Shown here: positions 56,555 to 64,000 of the stretch, in pieces
How the letters are laid out: the number at the start of each line of letters is the position of its first letter
Position numbering within the stretch: position 1 is the first letter of the stretch
NCBI GenBank assembly: GCA_963714015.1
Contig: OY970223.1
Location: 1,120,001-1,184,000 of the forward strand
Reading direction: 5' to 3'
Length of the DNA: 64,000 bases
Source: Vulcanimicrobiota bacterium
Lineage (GTDB): Bacteria; Vulcanimicrobiota; Vulcanimicrobiia; Vulcanimicrobiales; Vulcanimicrobiaceae
Position numbers and translations under genes: made by a program
The notes under the pieces: generated by a model
The model's database searches: none
The model's input: only the letters and a program-made list of their open reading frames with translations
What the model was told of the DNA's origin: nothing

Positions 56555-57109
56555 TTAGCGCTCGTCCATGACTCGCAGCTTCGTTGTCAGACGTTCGTAG
56601 GCGAGCGAATCGGCATCGAGCAGACTACGTGCGCGAATGTAGTATGTCCGGGCGTCATCCTGCGCATGGACCTCTGCGGCGTTGTCTCCGGCGAGCTCGT
56701 TGTAGAGCAACGCGCGCGCGGCATCACCGGCGGCCCAAGAATGGTACGCCAAGTCCGCGAGCGGCGCATTGACGGCGGCGCGCGCTCGTTCCAGCGCTCT
56801 GACAATGCTGCGGTGAAACGGACGAATTCGGGCCGCGGGGAGTTCTTCATAGATGATGTCTCGCGTGAGCGCATGGCGAAACACGTAGAACTCGCACGTT
56901 GGATTTTCCGCCGCGGTGAGTTGGAGTCCGCAGGCTTCCTCGAGTGCAGCCCGCACCTTCGATTCCGAACACGACGCGGTGGCAGTCAGCACGGAAACGG
57001 AGAAGCGACGGCCGATCGCCGCCGCCCGCATAAGGACGGCGCGCGCGCCGCGGTCCATGCGCCGCACGCGTTCGAGGACGCTGGATCGTAACGCGTCCGG
57101 AATATGCAC
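56555..57109 (-). CDS. short STAND-regulator-derived protein (post-ATPase region only)
   Basis: IPDALRSSVLERVRRMD..AAAIGRRF..FRHALTRD..LAYHSWAAGD; GTG 6 nt after TATCGT. Confidence 0.82.
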   Translation of the reverse strand: MHIPDALRSSVLERVRRMDRGARAVLMRAAAIGRRFSVSVLTATASCSESKVRAALEEACGLQLTAAENPTCEFYVFRHALTRDIIYEELPAARIRPFHRSIVRALERARAAVNAPLADLAYHSWAAGDAARALLYNELAGDNAAEVHAQDDARTYYIRARSLLDADSLAYERLTTKLRVMDER

Positions 57110-57115
57110 AGCGTG

Positions 57116-57210
57116 ACGATAACGCAACGCCACGAGGCGCGGAATGGGGGGCTACCCTATCTTTTTGGGGGTGGCCCCCCCTACTGCGTCGTCGCCGCTC
57201 CAGTTAGCCT
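57116..57210. promoter_or_regulatory. divergent promoters, each with a LuxR-type box 22 nt from its -10
   Basis: minus: ATAGGGTAGCCCCCCAT(57160-57144), 22 nt, TATCGT; plus: GGGGGTGGCCCCCCCT(to 57182), 22 nt, TAGCCT(57205). Confidence 0.7.
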
Positions 57211-57264
57211 TGGGCGAGACGGGCGCAACTTTGCCCTTCTCTTGTTCGAAGGAGAATAACGCAC

Positions 57265-58620
57265 ATGAGGACTTCTCGTTTCACGCAGTGCTCGCTTGCC
57301 GCGGCGCTGAGTTTGGTTTTTGCGGGGTGCAGCGGCGGCGGATCGCAGGTAACGCCGTCCGCAAATTCGGGCGTCATGTCCGAACCGCAAGTTGCCCAGG
57401 CGCGCACAATCTTCGAGCCCACTAGCACGCCGGTGAATTGGAGCCAGACGGATTTCAATTCTTCGCACATCGGCTTCAATGCGGATGAGAAGACGATCTC
57501 GACAGGCAACGTCGCCAACCTCAACTTCCTTTGGGGTCAGTCGGTGACCGATGGCGTCACGGGTTTCGCGCTCGTCAAAGGGACGATCTTTGCTCAAAGC
57601 TCGAATTCGTCGGGGCCTCCGATGCTCATCGCCCTGAACGCAACAACGGGAACTATTTCGTGGACGGCAAGAACAGGCGCTGATGGGTATCCCGAAAACG
57701 GGACGGTTGCTACCGGAGGGGGCGATGCGTACGTGGGCTGCGGGACTAAGGCGACGGGCAATCCCGGAGGAGTATGCGCTTTCAGTGAGGCGTCCGGGAA
57801 GCGACTGTGGGCCTACATTCCCGATTGTAAGTGTCAATTCAACGGTACCGTAGCGTCACCGCTGGTCTACTCGAACGGTGTCGTATACTATGGCGTAAGC
57901 GGTTTTCCGGGGCAATCGGATCCGTACGTCGTCGCTTTGAACGCGCAGACCGGAAAGCCGATATGGTCTTACGATCCCGGATCCGGAGCGCTCGGTAGTG
58001 CGCCTCTTGCCGTGAGTGGCGGGAACGTGTTCTTCGATTGCGTCACAGCAGGAAATGCCGAGGGGATCTGCGCCGTTAAGAACAGCGGCGGCTCCCTGTT
58101 GTGGCAGGCAACCACCGGAAATACGTCCACGGCATTCAGTATTGCGGCCGGCGTGCTTTACGCCAGCAACAATCAAGACGTCGTCGTCGCACTAAATGCT
58201 GGGACGGGAGCAGCGCTGTGGTCGTCCGCTGCCGCGGTCGGCAAGAGCGCATTTCCGCCCGCGATCGCGCTTGGCTCTGTTTACGTTGCGGGTAATACCA
58301 GCATTTCAGCGCTTAAGGCGACGACGGGAGAGCAACTCTGGTCCAATACGCTCGCGTGTTCGCCGGAAAGCTCCCCATCCGTTGCCAACGGCGTTGTTTA
58401 CGTCTATCAAGGTGGAAATAACTGCCCCGCGGTATCGGCCTTTGACGCTAAGACAGGGGCGCTGCTGTCGAGTATCACAACCTCAACTGCCTCGTTCGCT
58501 GTTTCGCCGGTCATCGCAAACGGAACCCTGTACGTCGCTGATGGTGTATGCGGAAGCCTCTGCGCCTACGTACCGAGTCAGGCGCTCAGACAGAGACTGC
58601 CGACGACCATTCTACGGTAA
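57265..58620 (+). CDS. PQQ-like beta-propeller lipoprotein
   Basis: FAGC lipobox, WSQ..F..SHIGFN..E, repeated ALNAxTG..W blades, SPSVANGVVY. Confidence 0.88.
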   Translation: MRTSRFTQCSLAAALSLVFAGCSGGGSQVTPSANSGVMSEPQVAQARTIFEPTSTPVNWSQTDFNSSHIGFNADEKTISTGNVANLNFLWGQSVTDGVTGFALVKGTIFAQSSNSSGPPMLIALNATTGTISWTARTGADGYPENGTVATGGGDAYVGCGTKATGNPGGVCAFSEASGKRLWAYIPDCKCQFNGTVASPLVYSNGVVYYGVSGFPGQSDPYVVALNAQTGKPIWSYDPGSGALGSAPLAVSGGNVFFDCVTAGNAEGICAVKNSGGSLLWQATTGNTSTAFSIAAGVLYASNNQDVVVALNAGTGAALWSSAAAVGKSAFPPAIALGSVYVAGNTSISALKATTGEQLWSNTLACSPESSPSVANGVVYVYQGGNNCPAVSAFDAKTGALLSSITTSTASFAVSPVIANGTLYVADGVCGSLCAYVPSQALRQRLPTTILR

Positions 58621-58786
58621 GCAGTGCTCCCGCGGCGCGAGACGGCCATTCCGCACGGTCAACCAAGAAGACCGGACGGAAGCGGTCGTTCGCGCGTAGC
58701 GGGGAGGCAAGACCGGATTTCGCAAAAAACCGAGGACAACCACAGAAGGCTGCAACGCTCCTAGGCATGAAACGGCGGTTCGCGCT

Positions 58787-59074
58787 GTGAGCGTGAAATC
58801 GTTAACTTGGGCCGACCGGATTCGGCGGTGCCGATTGCTCGTCGTTGCGACGTACTGCGCGGACGAATCGGTCGCGACTCATCCGGTGTTCGCCGACATC
58901 GCGCGGCGCACTCAACGCAACCCGTTCTCATCGACAACTCGTCAAGGCCGCGCTCGCGCACGATGCTGCCGGCGGCTATCCGGCCGACACGGGATCGTTT
59001 TCTCGCGACCATCCGAACGAGCCGGCGAAGTGCTCTCAACGCTGGCGCTTTTCAGATTAGGTTATTTTTCGTAG
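58787..59074 (+). pseudogene. degenerate relic of an AAA-LuxR regulator
   Basis: RIRRCRLLVVATYCADE~QRMRVLVIASFRTDE; RNPFS~GNPFF; AGEVLSTLAL~RILTQAAV. Confidence 0.5.
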
Positions 59075-59143
59075 AGATCAGGATCGCTGACAGAACCGCC
59101 CTCCTGTCACGGCAGCGGTGTGCTGAATAGAATGCCTCAGGCG

Positions 59144-60823
59144 TTACGCTTGAGTGCCGAGTTGGTACGTAGTCACCGGCTTCATCGTCAGCCACATATG
59201 CGCCGCGCCGGCTTGATGCGCGAGAGTCTCCAGGACCGAGGCTTCATTCGGAAGATAATGAGTGCGATCGCGTTTGGGTCCGCAGGCGATGAATCCGGCA
59301 AGCTGCGCGCGGGCCGTCATCGGCAGAAGCAGCGCCCCCTGTAGCGGATGCGCCGGAATATCGCACTCGAACTCTTCCGACCAGCGGCGCAGCCGCAGAA
59401 CCGCAAGATCGTCGACGGAGAGCAGCGAGGGCAACTGATCGTTCCCGAAAGAAGAGCGCACGAGCGTGTTTCCGTCCGCGGTATAAATGGCGACGTAGTC
59501 GCACTCGATTCGCTGCCGGATCGTTTCGTAAATTTGCGCCAGCAAGTGTTGCGGTTCGGTGATGAGATCGATCTCGTGCGTGAATCTCCTCACCGCCGCT
59601 AGCGCAATCTCTTGCTTGCGGAAGATGACGCTGTTGAGCGCATGTTCGATGCGTTTGTGTGCCGTCGTCAGCAAAATGCCGATGCAGAGCGCCAGCAGCA
59701 CTTCAGCGACGAGTTGAAAGCGCGACTCCGCGAGCCATCGCCCGAAACCCCAGTCGGCCAGCGCCAAGATCGCAACCGTAACGGAAGTGAGAAGGCCGTA
59801 GACGAGAGCCCGGCTCACGACCAATCGAACGTCGAAAAGACGGTGTTTGAAGATGGTATACGCAAGCGCCACGGGGGCGAAGATCATCCACGCTTGCGTG
59901 GTATTGAGCACCCAGATCGGCGGTTCGATATTCGTGACGGCCATTACGGCGTCGGCGATGATGAGCGGAAGAAATGCGACCGCAAACGAAGCGACGATCC
60001 AGCGCAGACGGCTTTGTTGATTCTTGGGTGACGTCGCGTAGCGCATCAGCAGGACGGCGATTCCCGGTAGAAACAGCGCGCCCTGGAAGAGTGTTGAGGT
60101 CGATTGCACCCATGGAGTAATCGATGTGCCGAACAATGCCGGGATGTTGGAAAAAAGCAGCCACACTGCAAGCATAGGACCGATCGCGAACAAGGAGACG
60201 CGTTCCGCCACCTTTCCGAATCCCGTAGGCGACGCTTCCGGAAACCGCAGCGCAAATGAAAAGAATGCTACGGGCGCCGCCGCCGCCGCCAGTGAAATGA
60301 GGACGATAAGCGCGGCATACAGCACCGGCGAGAGATATTGGAAGTCTTGCCCGCCGTTCAACTGAAAAGAAAGCGAGAAAACATAAAACGCCCACGTCGC
60401 CGGCGTCGGGCGAACCAAGACGAGCATCGCCGCCAAGAGCGCATAAGCGACCAGCACGACGACTGAGAAAATATCCGTAACGTTGTCGCCAACGGAGCGC
60501 TCACGAATGTGCGAGACGACTTCGACCTGCTTCCCGGACACAAGGGGCACGACCATGGTACGTCCCGGCAGCGCCGCCGAGGCGGCCGTTGACTGAATGC
60601 GAGCTTCAAGCGACATCTTGGAAAAGTCCACGCGGTCGCCGGTATGCAATCCGCGGGACGCTGCGTCGTGATCGACGGTAGTCACAACACCCTGCGGATC
60701 GGCCGAGAATCCGATCGTGCCGTACGGATGCCACGGGTCGACGATGTCTCCGGCGCAAACGAAAAGCGCGACGAGCGTTAGCGCGACGACGAAGATTGTG
60801 CGGATGAACGACCGGGTGGTCAT
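59144..60823 (-). CDS. multi-pass membrane sensor (PDZ-like, TM, GAF-like), no output domain
   Basis: GLHTGDRV, FALRFP, YTIFKHRLFDVRLVVSRALVY, C-terminal LPM..LAGFIACG; paralog of 48097-49893. Confidence 0.82.
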   Translation of the reverse strand: MTTRSFIRTIFVVALTLVALFVCAGDIVDPWHPYGTIGFSADPQGVVTTVDHDAASRGLHTGDRVDFSKMSLEARIQSTAASAALPGRTMVVPLVSGKQVEVVSHIRERSVGDNVTDIFSVVVLVAYALLAAMLVLVRPTPATWAFYVFSLSFQLNGGQDFQYLSPVLYAALIVLISLAAAAAPVAFFSFALRFPEASPTGFGKVAERVSLFAIGPMLAVWLLFSNIPALFGTSITPWVQSTSTLFQGALFLPGIAVLLMRYATSPKNQQSRLRWIVASFAVAFLPLIIADAVMAVTNIEPPIWVLNTTQAWMIFAPVALAYTIFKHRLFDVRLVVSRALVYGLLTSVTVAILALADWGFGRWLAESRFQLVAEVLLALCIGILLTTAHKRIEHALNSVIFRKQEIALAAVRRFTHEIDLITEPQHLLAQIYETIRQRIECDYVAIYTADGNTLVRSSFGNDQLPSLLSVDDLAVLRLRRWSEEFECDIPAHPLQGALLLPMTARAQLAGFIACGPKRDRTHYLPNEASVLETLAHQAGAAHMWLTMKPVTTYQLGTQA

Positions 60824-60935
60824 CAACGGCGGGCGGTCCCCTTTCAGGCCGTGAACTTCCTGTGTTTCGCGGTTGCATCCCCGAACCGCTGCCGGACGGG
60901 GCCGCGGCGGCGAGCTGGCGTAGTTCGCGCAATGA

Positions 60936-61177
60936 GTGCTGGAGATGGCCGACGCGTCGCGTCGTCTCCACGAGCTCCGGCACACCGTCAATTCGCTGCT
61001 GTTGGGAAAGGGGGGCGCCCCCAGTGGTCTTGGCCGAGATGCTCGGCCAGGAGCACGTGCATGACGCTCGACGTCTACGTCCAGTCAGTGCGCGTACTCA
61101 GCGAGCCGCGGTCGAGAAGACGACGAGCTCTCCCGATGTCCGAGCTTGGGAGTCAACTTGAGTTAGGGAGTCAGTAG
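60936..61177 (+). pseudogene. tyrosine integrase C-terminal remnant
   Basis: RLHELRHTVNSLLL.KG / APPVVLAEMLG / MTLDVY: HxxR, LG(H) and catalytic Y motifs split across frames. Confidence 0.75.
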
Positions 61178-61218
61178 CGGGTCAAATCTACTTCTGAGGC
61201 GATCGACCTTCGCAAAGA

Positions 61219-61252
61219 AAAACGCCCGATCCTCAATAGAATCGGGCGTTTT
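61219..61252 (-). terminator. intrinsic terminator downstream of the tRNA 3' end
   Basis: AAAACGCCCGAT..ATCGGGCGTTTT inverted repeat. Confidence 0.8.
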
Positions 61253-61256
61253 CAAA

Positions 61257-61301
61257 TGGTGGAGATGGGGGGACTCGAACCCCCGACCCCTTACATGCGA
61301 A
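61257..61301 (-). tRNA. 3' half of tRNA-Ala(CGC), att-site duplicate, not a complete tRNA
   Basis: revcomp TTCGCATGTAAGGGGTCGGGGGTTCGAGTCCCCCCATCTCCACCA; D-arm and 5' acceptor strand absent. Confidence 0.85.
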
Positions 61302-61504
61302 GAATGAACCGCTAGCCTGGCGGATCACGAGATTTCGCAAAAATAAGTATTTATAAAGGTTTTCGCATTGGCAGCGTCCGCCACGATCCGGCAAATTCCG
61401 CCGGTTTCCGCTAGATTGGTCGTCAATTGGTCGTCAGCGGCAGCGCTATCGTAACGAGGTCAAAAGCCGGCCCCACCATTGCGTTGCTCTCTCCAAAGTG
61501 TTTC

Positions 61505-62053
61505 TCATTTTGTCGCAATTTTATTGAAGATTGCAGCAATGTGCTCCGCCATCGCGTCGCGTCTTTTACGTGAAATTTCTTTCATATTTTCAAGGCGCTC
61601 AAGCAACAGTTCTTGGGATATGTATCCTGCCTTAGCGGCCGCGGCGACGTACTCAAAATCTTTCTCGCGACCAGCCAAAAGTTTGCTAATTGCAAGATCG
61701 TGCGGCTCAACGCAAATTCCGCGAATCTGCGCACCGTTGCCGATCTCGACGGTGACGCATGCAACGCGATCAAGCCAACCGTCCGGAAGAATGGCAGTGG
61801 TTTCATCGACACCGTCTACATAGTAGCCAAACGTGTTGTGAAAATCCGAGCCCCATCCAATTACATTTAGGAGCTCGGATTTTTCAGGCGCGTAGAATGG
61901 ATAAACATCTGCTTCAATCGAGCGAATAAGAGCCTCTTCCGAAGCATCAGGATGAGTGCCCAAGATGGCTTGTGAGCCTATGACTACGAACACGGGCTCA
62001 TCACAAATGCGCGATGAAGCACGCAAGACGTGCTCTAAATCCTCGCGTTTCAT
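61505..62053 (-). CDS. DUF6036-like nucleotidyltransferase (putative toxin)
   Basis: LEHVLRA..VVIGSQAI..RSIEAD..FH.TFGYYVDGV..TAILP.GW..R..HDLAISKL.AGREKD. Confidence 0.8.
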   Translation of the reverse strand: MKREDLEHVLRASSRICDEPVFVVIGSQAILGTHPDASEEALIRSIEADVYPFYAPEKSELLNVIGWGSDFHNTFGYYVDGVDETTAILPDGWLDRVACVTVEIGNGAQIRGICVEPHDLAISKLLAGREKDFEYVAAAAKAGYISQELLLERLENMKEISRKRRDAMAEHIAAIFNKIATK

Positions 62054-62547
62054 CAGCGCATCTTCTCAAAAATTGCCGATCGTTCCACAGGGTCAAGAAC
62101 ATCGGAGAACGGTGATGAAGAGCGCAAGCGCATCCCTTCCTCGGACGGATCCAAAATAACCTCGAGGAGCTGGAGGTATGCAGTGTTACGCGTTTGCGGG
62201 TCCGGCGATGACAATTTATTGGAGATGGCCTTGAGTAACACTTCCCACTCCATAAGAGCCGGCACCCGGCCCTGCCTTTGCTGCCAATGCTGAAGTGTGT
62301 CCAAGGCGCGCTGAACTAAGGCCGGCTCCTGCCGCAATTTTTCAGCGATAATCCCGTGCGCTACCAGGTTACGTAAATGCAGAAGGTCCTGGCGGATTTT
62401 GGGTTTACGATCACGATAGCGAGCCTGCTTGGCGGCCACTCGGCAACGTTCAGAGCAGAATGACGTTTCAACACCCGCTCGCTTTGCTCGCTCGAGGCGC
62501 TTCTTCGGAATTGGGTTCCCACAGCGCTTGCATAATGGCCGATCCAT
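62053..62547 (-). CDS. Zn-finger-fused putative antitoxin
   Basis: CKRCG..FCSERC N-terminus; H..IAEKL..EWE.LL..LRSSSPF..VL..ER; TGATG overlap with the downstream NTase. Confidence 0.7.
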   Translation of the reverse strand: MDRPLCKRCGNPIPKKRLERAKRAGVETSFCSERCRVAAKQARYRDRKPKIRQDLLHLRNLVAHGIIAEKLRQEPALVQRALDTLQHWQQRQGRVPALMEWEVLLKAISNKLSSPDPQTRNTAYLQLLEVILDPSEEGMRLRSSSPFSDVLDPVERSAIFEKMR

Positions 62548-62553
62548 GGCTAA

Positions 62554-62636
62554 ATTATAGCATGTGTTACCCGGTAACGGAAGTTCCGTAAATCGCCTAA
62601 AATCGTACGTGTATGGCCCATCCGTTACCGGGTAAC
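62554..62636 (-). promoter_or_regulatory. leaderless promoter with two palindromic operators
   Basis: TATAAT 6 nt before ATG; GTTACCCGGTAAC(62566-62578) and GTTACCGGGTAAC(62624-62636). Confidence 0.7.
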
Positions 62637-62898
62637 GATGCCCCCTCCGTAAAAGGCCAGACCTGACGCCCGGTCGCCTGGCTACTCTCCCTCAGAGCAA
62701 GAGTCATTTTGTCGGAAAAACCCCATGATTTTCTGACACTGCATTTCCGAGGGAATCTCCGTGGGGTGGCAGTGCCGCAAGGCAATCAACCTCACAGCCC
62801 CTTGGCACTGGTACTCTGGAATACTTGCCCGTCGCCCGGTTGTAATCTTGCGATCCGAGGCGCTCAGAGCATGCCTTCCGAAAGAAACGAGCGGGTAG

Positions 62899-64000
62899 AT
62901 GAGTCGTCTAGAGGACCTTAAAGAGAACGCGACCGTTCGTGGGATCTTACCAAACGGTCTAGTTACCGTTGTCAGCACGAAGTGGCACGGTTCTGCAGCG
63001 TTGGAGCTCACGTATAAGAACGCGGAAGGCAAGCTCGCAAACGAGCTTCTTTACCGCGATGATGAGCCGCGCGTCGAAGTCGTTGAAGAAGGACCCCCTT
63101 GGAGCTTCGATGGCGACGGCGCACTCTTTCGACTTGTCGCGGAAGCGCAACGTATCCGCCTCGCACACCTTTTTGACCCGGTTCTCGCCGTACATACCTC
63201 CGACGTAGAGCCCCTGCCTCATCAGATCACAGCCGTGTACGATTCAATGCTGTCGCGGCAGCCGCTGCGTTTTCTACTCGCGGATGACCCGGGCGCCGGC
63301 AAGACGATCATGGCTGGCCTGCTCATCAAGGAGTTGATAGCGCGCGGTGATCTGCAACGATGCCTGGTTGTGTGCCCCGGAAGTCTAGCCGAGCAATGGC
63401 AGGACGAACTCTACCGGCGCTTTCACCTGCCGTTCGAAATCTTGACGAACGATAAGCTGGAAGCTGCGAGAACGGGCAATTGGTTTCTTGAGAACAACCT
63501 GGTTATCGCGCGCCTCGATAAACTTTCGCGCGATGACGATGTCCAAGCCAAACTGCAAGCGCCGGATTGCCGATGGGACCTCATCGTATGTGATGAAGCA
63601 CACAAGATGTCGGCGACATTCTTTGGCGGCGAAGTCAAATACACGAAGCGCTATAAACTTGGGCAAATGCTCTCGACGCTAACGCGTCATTTTCTTCTTA
63701 TGACGGCGACGCCGCACAATGGCAAAGAAGAAGACTTCCAGTTGTTCATGGCGCTGCTTGATGGCGATCGTTTCGAAGGCCGGTTTAGAGACGGCGTCCA
63801 CGCTGTCGACGTCTCGGATCTCATGCGCCGCATGGTGAAGGAGCAGCTTCTAAAGTTCGACGCAACCCCGCTTTTCCCGGAGCGCATTGCTTACACGGTT
63901 CCGTACAAGCTCTCGGATCGTGAGGCGCAGCTTTACGCAGGCGTTACCGAATATGTTCGATCGGAGTTCGACCGTGCCAAGGCGCTAGAGAACGACAAGC
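62899..64000 (+). CDS. SNF2-family helicase, N-terminal part (runs off window)
   Basis: MSRLEDL..PLPHQITAVY..RFLLADDPGAGKT..QWQDEL..DEAHKM..LMTATPHNG. Confidence 0.93.
   Translation, partial: MSRLEDLKENATVRGILPNGLVTVVSTKWHGSAALELTYKNAEGKLANELLYRDDEPRVEVVEEGPPWSFDGDGALFRLVAEAQRIRLAHLFDPVLAVHTSDVEPLPHQITAVYDSMLSRQPLRFLLADDPGAGKTIMAGLLIKELIARGDLQRCLVVCPGSLAEQWQDELYRRFHLPFEILTNDKLEAARTGNWFLENNLVIARLDKLSRDDDVQAKLQAPDCRWDLIVCDEAHKMSATFFGGEVKYTKRYKLGQMLSTLTRHFLLMTATPHNGKEEDFQLFMALLDGDRFEGRFRDGVHAVDVSDLMRRMVKEQLLKFDATPLFPERIAYTVPYKLSDREAQLYAGVTEYVRSEFDRAKALENDK

Larger units (their letters stand above)
61257..64000. mobile_element. left end of a genomic island integrated in tRNA-Ala
   Basis: tRNA 3' fragment, arm-type repeats at 61377-61436, visibly lower GC, TA and defence-type cargo. 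Confidence 0.75.

Noticed and set aside
61007..61024. GGGGGGCGCCCCC as another LuxR-type box
   Set aside because: Lies inside the integrase remnant and has no -10 at the 22-nt spacing
61257..61335. Complete tRNA-Ala gene
   Set aside because: 5' acceptor strand, D-arm and 5' anticodon stem are missing; it is an att fragment

Overview
High-GC bacterial chromosome segment. Gene style suggests Candidatus Eremiobacterota/Vulcanimicrobiota, which is an inference only. 1-38 kb is mostly housekeeping: ppk1 end, bolA-grx-rhodanese, rnd, acnA, aceEF, TPP riboswitch-thiC, transporters, HiPIP and Fluc/DUF190. 38-61 kb is an accessory, partly decayed region. It holds an AhpD-family selenoprotein (CPFU plus SECIS hairpin) and two copies of a three-gene module: a short STAND-fragment protein, an AAA-LuxR regulator and a secreted PQQ-type beta-propeller lipoprotein. 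The module promoters share a GTAGGG..CCC(A/C)T box exactly 22 nt upstream of a -10 element. The region also has two orphan membrane-GAF receptors and several relics. At 61.26-61.30 kb a 3' half of tRNA-Ala(CGC) marks an att site with an integrase relic on its left. To its right begins a lower-GC island with a putative Zn-finger antitoxin/DUF6036 nucleotidyltransferase pair and an SNF2 helicase. Many genes carry +1 indels, often in or next to AGCT, probably long-read consensus errors. Many genes appear leaderless. No CRISPR array was seen.
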